A stretch of 64,000 bases of DNA from a virus: IMG/VR virus record IMGVR_UViG_3300043449_002688, positions 90,802 to 154,801 of that record; one strand, written 5' to 3'. The translations under genes were made by a program, and so were the position numbers. Below the pieces are notes generated by a model. It saw only the letters and a list, made by a program, of their open reading frames with translations, did no database searches and was not told the origin of the DNA. Numbering within the stretch: the first letter of the stretch is position 1; each line of letters opens with the position of its first letter. Below are positions 53,101 to 61,496 of this stretch, piece by piece.

Positions 53101-53946
53101 AAGATCTTCAAATTTATTTTGCTGTGATTTTAAAGCTTGCTCTTCATGAACAGCTTGTGGATGATATAATTGTACTACATGAGTTTTTGGACTAATCGAC
53201 CATTTAACTCCATTAAATCCTTTTTGCTTTAAAAGGCTATGGAAAAGATCTTCGTTCCAAGCACCAGGACCGCCAGGATTTTTAGCTTTGACTTCTTGTA
53301 TGATTTTTTGCGGATCTTTGCTTAAATCATAAATATTTTCTGGCATTTTAATCTTATACTTAAAGCTAGCCCTATCGGAAACTAAACTTTCTGGTTCTGA
53401 ATCTTCGGTGTAAAAAAAAGATGTTTTATTTTCTGGAATACCTCTTTTTGTTTGTAAACCTTTAACGCCTGTACCCATTTTTTCTGGGTCAATTTGCTTT
53501 AACCCTTTTTGAGAACTGTAATGAACTAAATATTTAGGACCTTCACTTAAAGATTTTTTAAGAGGTTTTTTATTAAGCCAAAGTATTAAAATGTTTCTAT
53601 TTGCTGGTACATGTAAATTGTTATGCGCTGTAGGGTCAAGCCATTTAAATAAAGTAAATTCACTATCTGGATCATTGCTTGCGTCAGGAATAAAATCCGC
53701 TGGGCAATCACAGCAATATAAATGAACATCATTATTGCCAAATCTTTGATTAGCTAATTTATTCAATTTAACGCCACTTAAGCCCGTTTCTTCTTCTAAT
53801 TCTCTGCAAGCAGCTTCATAATCTGTTTCGCCGTTTTCAGCATGCCCACCAGCCAAAGCCCATTTTCCATTGTCTTTTCTAAGACCATGTAAAAATAAGT
53901 TTGGCTCAGTCGGATGTTTTATGGCTACAACAGAAACCTTTACCAT
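50143..53946 (-). CDS. polyvalent protein: Nudix, ART-like, PcfJ-like, LRV repeats, R-S-E ADP-ribosyltransferase-like, C-terminal HDxxGH domain
   Basis: GGHAENGETDYEAACRELEEETGL (Nudix box); LVHYS...GTG...FFY; EG..LGHC...SLR...PH...EMKG..N; A.NP.T repeats; LHR..SSWT..EQEV; NDVFRIVHDAFGH...ETMGQN. Confidence 0.8.
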   Translation of the reverse strand: MVKVSVVAIKHPTEPNLFLHGLRKDNGKWALAGGHAENGETDYEAACRELEEETGLSGVKLNKLANQRFGNNDVHLYCCDCPADFIPDASNDPDSEFTLFKWLDPTAHNNLHVPANRNILILWLNKKPLKKSLSEGPKYLVHYSSQKGLKQIDPEKMGTGVKGLQTKRGIPENKTSFFYTEDSEPESLVSDRASFKYKIKMPENIYDLSKDPQKIIQEVKAKNPGGPGAWNEDLFHSLLKQKGFNGVKWSISPKTHVVQLYHPQAVHEEQALKSQQNKFEDLEKGKKDILQMLGADSAKPEHVEFVNWASQLPNSNWQTWATKNYRQNPKQFTPEIKQKISDFSSSQHIPNIADVRFDKEHDLNSGIKLLDQAKQSYINKLSQNRELVIPTEKTKKIINGIKFNRDWFNLNVPSCEAEGKALGHCGNEDYHPDDRILSLRTSRSFDNKTFHEPHLSFILNNGFLGEMKGQSNLKPTKEYHKDIVELLKNPEIKGIFGGGFDDYELKNNFEFSDLSPEHQAEVLRHNPNLITDTKSLKNIKKIQNLQIPEKHINIISEIAENPKTDQDTLQHIYNTSKSWQKKLVAQNPNTHPDFLYDIYNKTDQDDIKQSVAKNPNIHKDFMRHIYTTTNDHNIKQSVASNTGADPFFLYDVYNKTNNDNIKQTIAENPALGENFIHNIADIAIKNNDINMQKKIAGNTGASKNTLNYLTRATDDFDIQLRLSQNSKTDSNDLDYLAKSKNGRNNNIQWAIAQNKNTNSHTLEYIYNTTNDTRIKQKVTENPNYIKRKKEKLAASEKNIELNLKKASYYFKNLLQKPENLNKGAARRLYGPFKPHSELTTDAAKNVERWTGGTSGETFAGYDPRAKIPDPSKHAKLRMTNKLAGRTESRINPNTKQREFLLHRQLSQSEMDKYHKNGKFFNQQTHSSWTPFLTNITESSGIYPKSSFDPEDSQSYNHIVSAWIPEDKIKSFLPQYGQFIEKQKVGPLSSRAAKEQEVIVRPGIDAEIHQIHKDTRRHSDQWEWQKIFGKSEDLQKNTTNIKNIADSYAKLNNIKLSHNYKVNLNPEHGKTIAQAYESMQHQPEHHETKAAYNALIGETGKQFKHLINSGLKISRMQPGQENPYKSSKDMLHDLHVNNHLWYYPTEQGFGSEGQSQNHPMLTQTEFKHDGTPLLANDVFRIVHDAFGHGLTNSQFGPKGEHMSYLAHKEMFSPLAQKALASETMGQNNWVNWSEKAGEHNRKNPSKTIYAEQKAGLLPENILETEWHK

Positions 53947-54956
53947 TATTCTTCTTCCTTGTATTCTGTCGGCGTAAGATTAGAGTTGGTATTTTCAGGA
54001 AAATCTTCGTTCATTCCCCATCCTTGATTTTTTGCATACGATTCCATGCTATCAGGAGTTTTTGGACCATCCATAATTTTTATTTGTCCAGTTACTGCTT
54101 GTATTTTTGGAGCTGCAAATTTTATAAAATTAGCTTGAGTTTGCCCATTGACATTCATTGGGCAAGTCCAAATAAGCTCTACTCCTTTAAATTCTGGGTT
54201 TTCTCCAATTGCACCTACGCTAAAGGTAGATAGCTCAAATCCCCTTCTATCAAGATAAGCTTCTTTATATCTTAAAAAAATATATTGCATTAGCTGTCTA
54301 AGCCAAATTGCTTGATTTAAGTCAGATTGAGTGTGTAATCCAATAATAAAACTTTCTAACATAAAAGTAAGTTCTTTATGTAAATTCCAAATAGATGTTG
54401 GAGGAGCAATGTAGCAATCTGTAAAATTTTCTTTTATATTTGCAGCAACTTGAAATTTTTTACTATCTATAACATCTTGTATCACATAAGCTTTTTGTGT
54501 TTTTGATGAAACCAAAAATTGACCTTTAATTATATAATTAGTATTCATATGTTCTGGAACAGTAACTATACCGTCCGTTGAATTAAAAGCTAATGGCGTA
54601 AAATTATCATAAACTTTTTGAACTCTTTTTGTGATAGCATAAGGTTCTATTTCGTTTATAAACCCTTCATCCGAAAGGGAAGTTCTTTCCGTCATTTCCC
54701 TTGAATCTGTTTGTACAATAGTAACGCAGGGGAATCGTGGTGTATCAACTCGGTTAACTAAATACACATCAATGTTGTTGTTTAAAAACCATTGTTTTGC
54801 TGCAGAAACTTCTTTGTATCCATAGTGATCTTTTGCTAAAGAATCTGTTGCCAATTCAGCATATACATCATCTAATATCCAAGAATTTTTGCGTAAGTCA
54901 GCAAAAGCAGCTTCGATCATTGTTTTTAATAATACATCGGAAGATAAAATTCCCAT
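53946..54956 (-). CDS. putative tail terminator / neck protein
   Basis: PRFPCVTI strand and mixed alpha/beta pattern of tail-completion proteins; synteny upstream of the sheath. Confidence 0.55.
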   Translation of the reverse strand: MGILSSDVLLKTMIEAAFADLRKNSWILDDVYAELATDSLAKDHYGYKEVSAAKQWFLNNNIDVYLVNRVDTPRFPCVTIVQTDSREMTERTSLSDEGFINEIEPYAITKRVQKVYDNFTPLAFNSTDGIVTVPEHMNTNYIIKGQFLVSSKTQKAYVIQDVIDSKKFQVAANIKENFTDCYIAPPTSIWNLHKELTFMLESFIIGLHTQSDLNQAIWLRQLMQYIFLRYKEAYLDRRGFELSTFSVGAIGENPEFKGVELIWTCPMNVNGQTQANFIKFAAPKIQAVTGQIKIMDGPKTPDSMESYAKNQGWGMNEDFPENTNSNLTPTEYKEEE

Positions 54957-55867
54957 TACCTAGAAACCTCTTCTTCTATAGATTTTACTATTTTTTCTAA
55001 TTCTTTTAAAGCCCAATCATAAGCTTGCGGGAAAATATTGGCAGCAGTAACTTTAGGATACATCCATCTGTTTTCGGCTTTATGTTTTGAAGAAATTACT
55101 CTAAATACCACAGTTTCTCTTTTAACTTTTCCTTTTTTATTTTTTCTTTGAACAACTACCGCTCCTTCAAGTTTGTAAATTCCTCCATGAGGCTTAAGAC
55201 CTGTTTCCGCAGCTTGTTCTTCAGTTCTTGGTCTACTAAAAAGGCTTGGAGCTTTTTCTTGAGTTGAAGTTGGTATCATTCTTAATTTATGTAAAGTTCC
55301 AAGCTTAGGAGCACCACTTTCGTCTCTTTCAATATTCCTTAAGCTAATTCCTTGTCTTTTGGCTTGTTTTTTAACTAATTCAGCAAATAAAGGTTTTGCT
55401 CCTTCTGCTTGCTTATTGCCTTGTGTTTGTTTAAAGGGAATTACCCTGTAAGAAGAACCATCTTTAGCTGTTTTAACTCCAGAACTTCCTGGTTTTAAAA
55501 GCCATTCTCCCATAAAAGTAGGCTCACGTCCTTCTTCTAGCCATGTAGCTTTTTCATCTAATTCTACCATCCAAATATTATTTGAAAGCTTAATCCATCT
55601 AACATGTTTTGCAGTATTATCAATTCTTTCGTCATGAGTAGATTCTTTTTGAGCTTCATTTCTAGGCAAATTTAAACCAAGATAATATTCTCTTTTAAAT
55701 TTTGAATCCTTAAAAGTTTCGTTTGCTTTATTAACAATAAAAGCATGAGTTGCAATTGAAAGATTTTCTATTGCAGGCTTAAGTTTTGTTTCTACAACTT
55801 CTTTTGTCTGCGATATTTTGGCCGCAATTTCTGATGCGTCTACTTTTAATCTAAAATAACTGTTCAT
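54956..55867 (-). CDS. putative neck / tail completion protein
   Basis: LEEG..P..M...LL, K..KDGS.Y.VIPF and FRVISS......W.YP motifs of large-myovirus neck proteins. Confidence 0.6.
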   Translation of the reverse strand: MNSYFRLKVDASEIAAKISQTKEVVETKLKPAIENLSIATHAFIVNKANETFKDSKFKREYYLGLNLPRNEAQKESTHDERIDNTAKHVRWIKLSNNIWMVELDEKATWLEEGREPTFMGEWLLKPGSSGVKTAKDGSSYRVIPFKQTQGNKQAEGAKPLFAELVKKQAKRQGISLRNIERDESGAPKLGTLHKLRMIPTSTQEKAPSLFSRPRTEEQAAETGLKPHGGIYKLEGAVVVQRKNKKGKVKRETVVFRVISSKHKAENRWMYPKVTAANIFPQAYDWALKELEKIVKSIEEEVSR

Positions 55868-57048
55868 TTTGCACCAATATTGCCTTCGTCGGCTTGAGCA
55901 TTATGTGATGCAACGGAAATAGCGTTTCCTTCGTTATCTTTAACCATTCCCGACCTTACAGATCTCCAAACTGCTCTACCATTTTTAATAACTTTTTTTC
56001 TTCCTTTTTTAACAGTTCCAACTGGATAAAAAAGTTTTATAGCTTTATTTAAATTTTCGGTAAGGTCATCAACTTCTGATTTAGCTACTTCTTTCTTTTT
56101 ATCTTTAGCCATATCTACAATTTTATGTACTAATCCAATTACTTTTTTAAAAGCTTCTGGATTTTTATCAGCTAAATCAGTAAGTTTTGGAATTTTTTCA
56201 TTTACCATTTCAAGAAGATTAGCAATTTTGTTTGCTTGCTTAGCATGATCTTCATCTTCTTTATCGCTTTGCTTAGCTTCTTCTACTGCAGAAGCTCCCA
56301 TCTTTTCTTTGGGTTCAGATCGTTCAGATTCAAGCTGTTGTTGAGCTTGTGGGTTAGATTGTTGGCCGCTTAAAGCTTCCATTAAATTATTTGGTTGAAA
56401 TTGTTGAGCCTGCTGTTGCATTTGTTGTTGCATTTGTTGTTGTGATTGTTGAGCCGGAGCATTTATTTGTTGAACTGTTGCTTGAATAAATTGAGATTCT
56501 AATTCTAATGCCTGCTTTGCATCTGGGCCTGCTACAAATTTACCAATTTTAGCAGCTTCAGCTACAGGTTCTGGAGATTTTGGTTGATGTCTATCGTAAA
56601 GATTTGGCGGTAAATTTAAATTAAATAAATCATTTTCAAGAGTAAGCTCGTCCTTTTGCATTTCTTGATATTCTTGTTGTTCTGGATCATACATTTCAAT
56701 ATTTCCAGTGTAACCTGAAAGATCTGAAGCTTTTTTGGCTTCGATTAAAGTTAAACCAATTCCAACTTTCATTTTTTGGCCAAATAAAGATTTGTACCCA
56801 TCTATTAAAAATGGAAGATTTTCTGCTATTGAAATAGGAAGAAGTAATACTTGTCTTTCGTAAGTAGAAAGAAGAACTTCGCCTCCTCTTTCTATTACTA
56901 TAGATTTAACTTTGTCAATTAAAGACCAAATTTGATAATCTAAGCTTTTTGCATCTTCAAAATAGCCAGCATCAATTAAAGAATTAATTTTGTCGGAAAC
57001 ATCTTCTAGCGATATGAGGATATAAACTTTGTTTTCTGTAGATGCCAT
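55864..57048 (-). CDS. degenerate mCpol/GGDEF-like palm domain protein with poly-Q linker
   Basis: VYI.I..EDV..KI...; RGGEVLL; MKVGIG.TL.EA..A......G spacing matches mCpol, but DGD and GGD are replaced. Confidence 0.6.
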   Translation of the reverse strand: MASTENKVYILISLEDVSDKINSLIDAGYFEDAKSLDYQIWSLIDKVKSIVIERGGEVLLSTYERQVLLLPISIAENLPFLIDGYKSLFGQKMKVGIGLTLIEAKKASDLSGYTGNIEMYDPEQQEYQEMQKDELTLENDLFNLNLPPNLYDRHQPKSPEPVAEAAKIGKFVAGPDAKQALELESQFIQATVQQINAPAQQSQQQMQQQMQQQAQQFQPNNLMEALSGQQSNPQAQQQLESERSEPKEKMGASAVEEAKQSDKEDEDHAKQANKIANLLEMVNEKIPKLTDLADKNPEAFKKVIGLVHKIVDMAKDKKKEVAKSEVDDLTENLNKAIKLFYPVGTVKKGRKKVIKNGRAVWRSVRSGMVKDNEGNAISVASHNAQADEGNIGAK

Positions 57049-57065
57049 ATTTTAAACTCCCCATA

Positions 57066-58730
57066 TTAAATATCAAATTTACGTTTAACAAGAAGATGTG
57101 CTTTTAGTGTTAACAAAAATACTTTTACTGCATCTTCATCTGCGTTTGGATGAAATTTTAAATCCCAAACTCCGTTTTCTGTTTTTTTAATAACTTCAAC
57201 AAATTTATAAGGATTTCCTTCTTCATCTTTTTTCATTACAGAAAAACATGCGCAAGGATTAAATGCTGGATTACCATCTTTATCTTTTTTAAATTCAGGA
57301 ACTAAGCAGTGTGGGCAGTGAGATTTATAAAGCTCTTCTTCTGTAGTCGTATATTTTTCAGATTTATTTAATTTTGATTTAAAATAATCTGATTTAATAA
57401 CAGAACCTGCAGGTTTTGGTGCAGCAGTAGCTTTTGGTTTTGCTGTTGGATTTTTAGGCATTTTAGCCCCTGGTGTTTTTGGTGGGGTATAATTGCCTTT
57501 AGCAGAAGACTGCGCTTGCTTTGCTGCTGATGCTGCCGGATTATTGCTAGCAGGAACCGGAGGCTTAGGTTCTTTCGGCATAGATGGTTTTACAGGTTGG
57601 CCAGCGCCTTTTGGCATTTCAGCTTTAGATACTTTTTCTGGCAAATCCTTGCCTTTTGATTCTCTATCCCATTCTTTAACTTTTTCTTTTCCGCCTAAAG
57701 CTTTAGTGCCAGTTTTAGTGTGCGCCCAGCGACGTTGTGCTTCAGAAGCATAAGGTTTCATTAATAGCTCTGCTTTTTTCTTAAAATAAGAATCAGCTTT
57801 TGTCATAGGGGTTTTTGGAGCCGGAGCTGTATGGGAAGGAGAAACTCCTTCAAGAGAAGTCATTGGAGCTTCTACTTGAGCTTCTGGTAAAACTTGTTTT
57901 TTAATTTCACCTTGTTTTGTATCAATTACTTTTTCTTTCGGAACTTTTTGTTCATCAGTAGGTTTGTTTTTAATTTCAGCAAGTTCTTTATAAGAAATAG
58001 ATTCTTCTGTAATATTAGAATCAGTTTGTTTTGCTTTAAGTTCTTTTTTAAATTTTTCTTCTGGGGTTATGCTTGTTTCTAGTTTGTTTTCAACGTCAGC
58101 AACTTCTTTTTCTGAAATTTTATCTAAATCTTCTTCTATTTTTTTTCGTCCCATTTCTTTTGTCATTAAAGCATCAACAAGTTTACCAATAACTGAAGTC
58201 AATTCTTTAATATTGGCATGAGACATTTGCCATTTAACGCTTTCACTATCTAAAGAAGGTTTGATTTCATTTAAATTAATTATTTCTTTTATTACACTTA
58301 AATCAGGTGTAGTTGAATCTGAAGATATTTTACTTTTGACTTCATCTATTTTTTCTTCAAAAAAATCATAGGTTTCGCCGACTGTCATCATATGACCAGA
58401 AACAGCAGGCAAACTTTGTTTTTCAAACGAATGTATAACTTTTCCGTTTTGAACGAATTCAGCTCGATATTGATCTATATCTTGTTTATCAAATTGAATA
58501 ACAATATCGTCTTTACCAGGGAATTTAACAACCTTAGATTCTCCTCGTTTCATTGGTTTAATTGTCTGAATTAACCAAGATAATATTGTTCGAGGAACTA
58601 CAATTAAGGGTAAATAAAACTCAAGAGGATCGACTACCGAAGAAGTTCCTCTTTTAAAAATAGCTTTTTCCAAGACTTCATAGCCTTGGTCTCCAATTAT
58701 AGATTTAAGGAGTTTTTCGCTAGTATTCAT
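57066..58730 (-). CDS. multi-module putative internal head protein
   Basis: PYASEAQRRWAH...EWD..SKGK.LPEKV module, Pro/Lys linker, C-terminal CPHC..CAC. Confidence 0.65.
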   Translation of the reverse strand: MNTSEKLLKSIIGDQGYEVLEKAIFKRGTSSVVDPLEFYLPLIVVPRTILSWLIQTIKPMKRGESKVVKFPGKDDIVIQFDKQDIDQYRAEFVQNGKVIHSFEKQSLPAVSGHMMTVGETYDFFEEKIDEVKSKISSDSTTPDLSVIKEIINLNEIKPSLDSESVKWQMSHANIKELTSVIGKLVDALMTKEMGRKKIEEDLDKISEKEVADVENKLETSITPEEKFKKELKAKQTDSNITEESISYKELAEIKNKPTDEQKVPKEKVIDTKQGEIKKQVLPEAQVEAPMTSLEGVSPSHTAPAPKTPMTKADSYFKKKAELLMKPYASEAQRRWAHTKTGTKALGGKEKVKEWDRESKGKDLPEKVSKAEMPKGAGQPVKPSMPKEPKPPVPASNNPAASAAKQAQSSAKGNYTPPKTPGAKMPKNPTAKPKATAAPKPAGSVIKSDYFKSKLNKSEKYTTTEEELYKSHCPHCLVPEFKKDKDGNPAFNPCACFSVMKKDEEGNPYKFVEVIKKTENGVWDLKFHPNADEDAVKVFLLTLKAHLLVKRKFDI

Positions 58731-58739
58731 GTTGGCTCG

Positions 58740-59135
58740 TTATAAAATGCCAGCTTGTGAACTATATTTTAAATCGTCAACAATCAAATAGGCAAATACT
58801 GTATTGACGTTTGCAATTATCCCTTGATTTGGGCCAACTGAAATAATAGTATAATCGTTTGGCTTAAGGCAAACTCCATCAGCGCCTCCAGTCGGAGCAG
58901 TCAATGTGGCTGGGTCTCCGATTTTGGCAAAAGCTGTTGTGCCTGTGCTGTTGTAAAGAGCAATTAGGCTTCCTGCTTCAACTCTTAAAAGAGTGTTTGC
59001 AGCACCTAAAACTTGAACGTGCCCTAAAATTGGACCTACTACTTTTAAACCGCCTGCATATTGGTTAAAGCTGTAATCTGTAGCGTCGTGTCCACTGTAT
59101 CTATTATTTGATGCTTTTGATCTTGCTCCGTTCAT
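58740..59135 (-). CDS. small structural/hypothetical protein
   Basis: 131 aa beta-rich; AGGAG SD; own late motif. Confidence 0.65.
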   Translation of the reverse strand: MNGARSKASNNRYSGHDATDYSFNQYAGGLKVVGPILGHVQVLGAANTLLRVEAGSLIALYNSTGTTAFAKIGDPATLTAPTGGADGVCLKPNDYTIISVGPNQGIIANVNTVFAYLIVDDLKYSSQAGIL

Positions 59136-59156
59136 GATAAACTCCTATTTTTACTT

Positions 59157-59165
59157 AAGATTAGG
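59157..59165 (-). promoter_or_regulatory. putative late promoter motif CCTAATCTT
   Basis: Intergenic copy. Confidence 0.7.
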
Positions 59166-59167
59166 CT

Positions 59168-60073
59168 TTACAGCTTGCCACCTTCAGAACCGTTATTGTC
59201 AGAACCTATAAATCCGCCAGTAGAAGCATTTTGATATCTAATATCCATAATATCTTGGTTAGGGTCATTATTTAAATCACTTAGCACATGTTCTCTTATT
59301 ACCATACATTGATATGGCATTCTTTCTAAAGTCCTTTGAAAGGTATTGGGATTTGTTACTTGAGAAACCCTAACCTCGTGTAAAAGTCTTGCTACAATAA
59401 AATATGGAGTATATCTGTATCTAATTGAATATACTGTGCCTTTCATAGTTTTTGGGTTATATCCAGGTCGGTTTTGAGTAAGCCATTTAATAAAGCCTTC
59501 TGCTGTTATTGAAAAATCTACATTCTCCTGATATTCTTTCCCATCTGCATCAATCAAATGTTCTACGCAAGTTGCAGGATATTGTAGCTTATCTATTCCT
59601 ATAGTATTTGCTTCAACATATTGCATAGCAACAACTCGCATTTCAATATCTTCTAGGTAGAATCTATCGTAAGGTGCTAAAAGCACTGGCTTATCGCAAT
59701 TTTCATATTGCATTTGTGGAGTGCAAATAGAAACATCATGCTTAACCATACCTTCTACTTCTATGTTCCAATCTGATGTATTATTGCTAAAGGAAAGGTA
59801 AAGTTTGCCGATTTCTTTGTAAATAAAGCCATCAGAAGATCTTTTGTCGGATTGAACGGCATGTACATCTCCAATAGAAGCCATACCAGTAGGATCTGGA
59901 ATAGCCCTGTAATGAGTTACATAAACGCCTTGTCCTTCAATTAGGCGATTAAAAGCTTGAACGTCAAACGACTGTTGCCATTGATCTAATTTAAAAACCT
60001 GCTGACCACCAGTTGGTGATTTCAGTCTTTTTTGTCTTGGCCCGCCTTTTCGTTTTGGAGTTCCTACATTCAT
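59168..60073 (-). CDS. putative head closure / neck protein
   Basis: F..LI...G..V...RA..DP, DGFIY, L.PYDR..L, YSIRY...P pattern of myovirus head-completion proteins. Confidence 0.6.
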   Translation of the reverse strand: MNVGTPKRKGGPRQKRLKSPTGGQQVFKLDQWQQSFDVQAFNRLIEGQGVYVTHYRAIPDPTGMASIGDVHAVQSDKRSSDGFIYKEIGKLYLSFSNNTSDWNIEVEGMVKHDVSICTPQMQYENCDKPVLLAPYDRFYLEDIEMRVVAMQYVEANTIGIDKLQYPATCVEHLIDADGKEYQENVDFSITAEGFIKWLTQNRPGYNPKTMKGTVYSIRYRYTPYFIVARLLHEVRVSQVTNPNTFQRTLERMPYQCMVIREHVLSDLNNDPNQDIMDIRYQNASTGGFIGSDNNGSEGGKL

Positions 60074-60075
60074 TT

Positions 60076-61494
60076 TTAATCCTTTTTAAGATCTAATAAG
60101 CATATGGCATCTTCAGTTCCATTTATTTCTTTTGCCAATGCATATGGGCTTAAAGTTTTATTTTCTAATCCTTCAATTATTTCGCTTTTTTTCATGAAAG
60201 AAATTTCATTTAAGTCTGCGTTATATACAACATAAATGTCAGAAGATTTTTTATTTTCTGCTTTTTTTGTATTTGAAAAAATAAACTTACGAAGAATTTC
60301 AAACTGTTCTTCTTCTGATTTATTTGTATCTTCAGGTTTTATTTTTTTTGCCCATTCATAAGCTTTTTGGTGCCCTTGTTTGATTTCTTTAATATTTTTT
60401 TCAGCATTTTCTTTTGCGTATTCTTTGTATTTTTTTCTTTTAACAGGATTAACTAGAATATCTCTAGCGTGAGCTAAAATTTCTTCAGTAAATTTAGGGC
60501 TTTTAGGATTGTATCCATATACATCAGTAATAAAGCTGCCAACTGAAACCAAAGCATCACGAGAAAAATTTGAAAGCAGTCCAGAATGGATTTTTTTAGC
60601 TTGCTCTTTTCCATAATGACGCTCTAATTGACTCATGATATTATGAAAACCTTCATGATAAATAGTAGAATCTACCGCTCGCCCTCTTTCTTTTTGTTTT
60701 TCAGGGGTTAATTCAGTAGTTTCTTTTTTTTCTTTTGAAGGCTTTCTTGGCATTCTTGGTTTTTTAGGTTTTTCTCGTAAAAGCCTTTCATGTTCTTCTT
60801 TGTTATCTCCTAAAGATGCTGCATACATTTTTTTGTACCAATCATTATAGCGTAAGTTATAATCTTTTATTATCTCTTTCTTTTTTTGGGCATGTTCTGT
60901 AAGTTTTTGTTGATAATCGTCATCGCCTTCTTCAAATTTAGATCTTAATTTCCCTACTAAAGCTGCAGATTTTGGACCATGTGGAGTAGGAGCATTTAAG
61001 CCTAAAGTATTTCGATCAAATTTATTAGATATAGTTTTTGCTGCAGCGTCTAACCCAGATTGTTTTGTATGTTTTGTCGCACTTCCGCTTAATCTAAAAA
61101 CTTGTTTTTGATCTAAATCTTTCAATTGAGCGTTAGCCACTCTTTTTCCATATAAATCTTTTTGCCTTTTAGTTTCAATAGGCTGAACTTCTTGATCTGG
61201 TCTTGTAGAAGTTTTAGGAAAAAATGGGAACGTAATCTGGGGCCTAGACATTTTGCCTAGTTCTTCTGATTTATCAAGCTCTTCATTCCATTTAATTCCA
61301 GATTCTTTTTTTTCTGCTAAAAATTTAGCAATAGATTTATGTGGAGCAGCTCCTATAGCAGAAATATCGCCATTTTCATCTTTACAAAAAAAGGCATGTA
61401 GCCCACCATGAGTTGCTACATAAACAATATTTTTACCGTCTTTAGTTTTACCGGCAATAAAAGTTTCTGCTATTTGATCTTTGTCTATTTTCAT
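60076..61494 (-). CDS. protein with inserted HExxH zincin metallopeptidase-like domain
   Basis: TIYHEGFH...EEILA; bounded by LDKSEE and TNKSEE. Confidence 0.65.
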   Translation of the reverse strand: MKIDKDQIAETFIAGKTKDGKNIVYVATHGGLHAFFCKDENGDISAIGAAPHKSIAKFLAEKKESGIKWNEELDKSEELGKMSRPQITFPFFPKTSTRPDQEVQPIETKRQKDLYGKRVANAQLKDLDQKQVFRLSGSATKHTKQSGLDAAAKTISNKFDRNTLGLNAPTPHGPKSAALVGKLRSKFEEGDDDYQQKLTEHAQKKKEIIKDYNLRYNDWYKKMYAASLGDNKEEHERLLREKPKKPRMPRKPSKEKKETTELTPEKQKERGRAVDSTIYHEGFHNIMSQLERHYGKEQAKKIHSGLLSNFSRDALVSVGSFITDVYGYNPKSPKFTEEILAHARDILVNPVKRKKYKEYAKENAEKNIKEIKQGHQKAYEWAKKIKPEDTNKSEEEQFEILRKFIFSNTKKAENKKSSDIYVVYNADLNEISFMKKSEIIEGLENKTLSPYALAKEINGTEDAICLLDLKKD

Positions 61495-61496
61495 TT

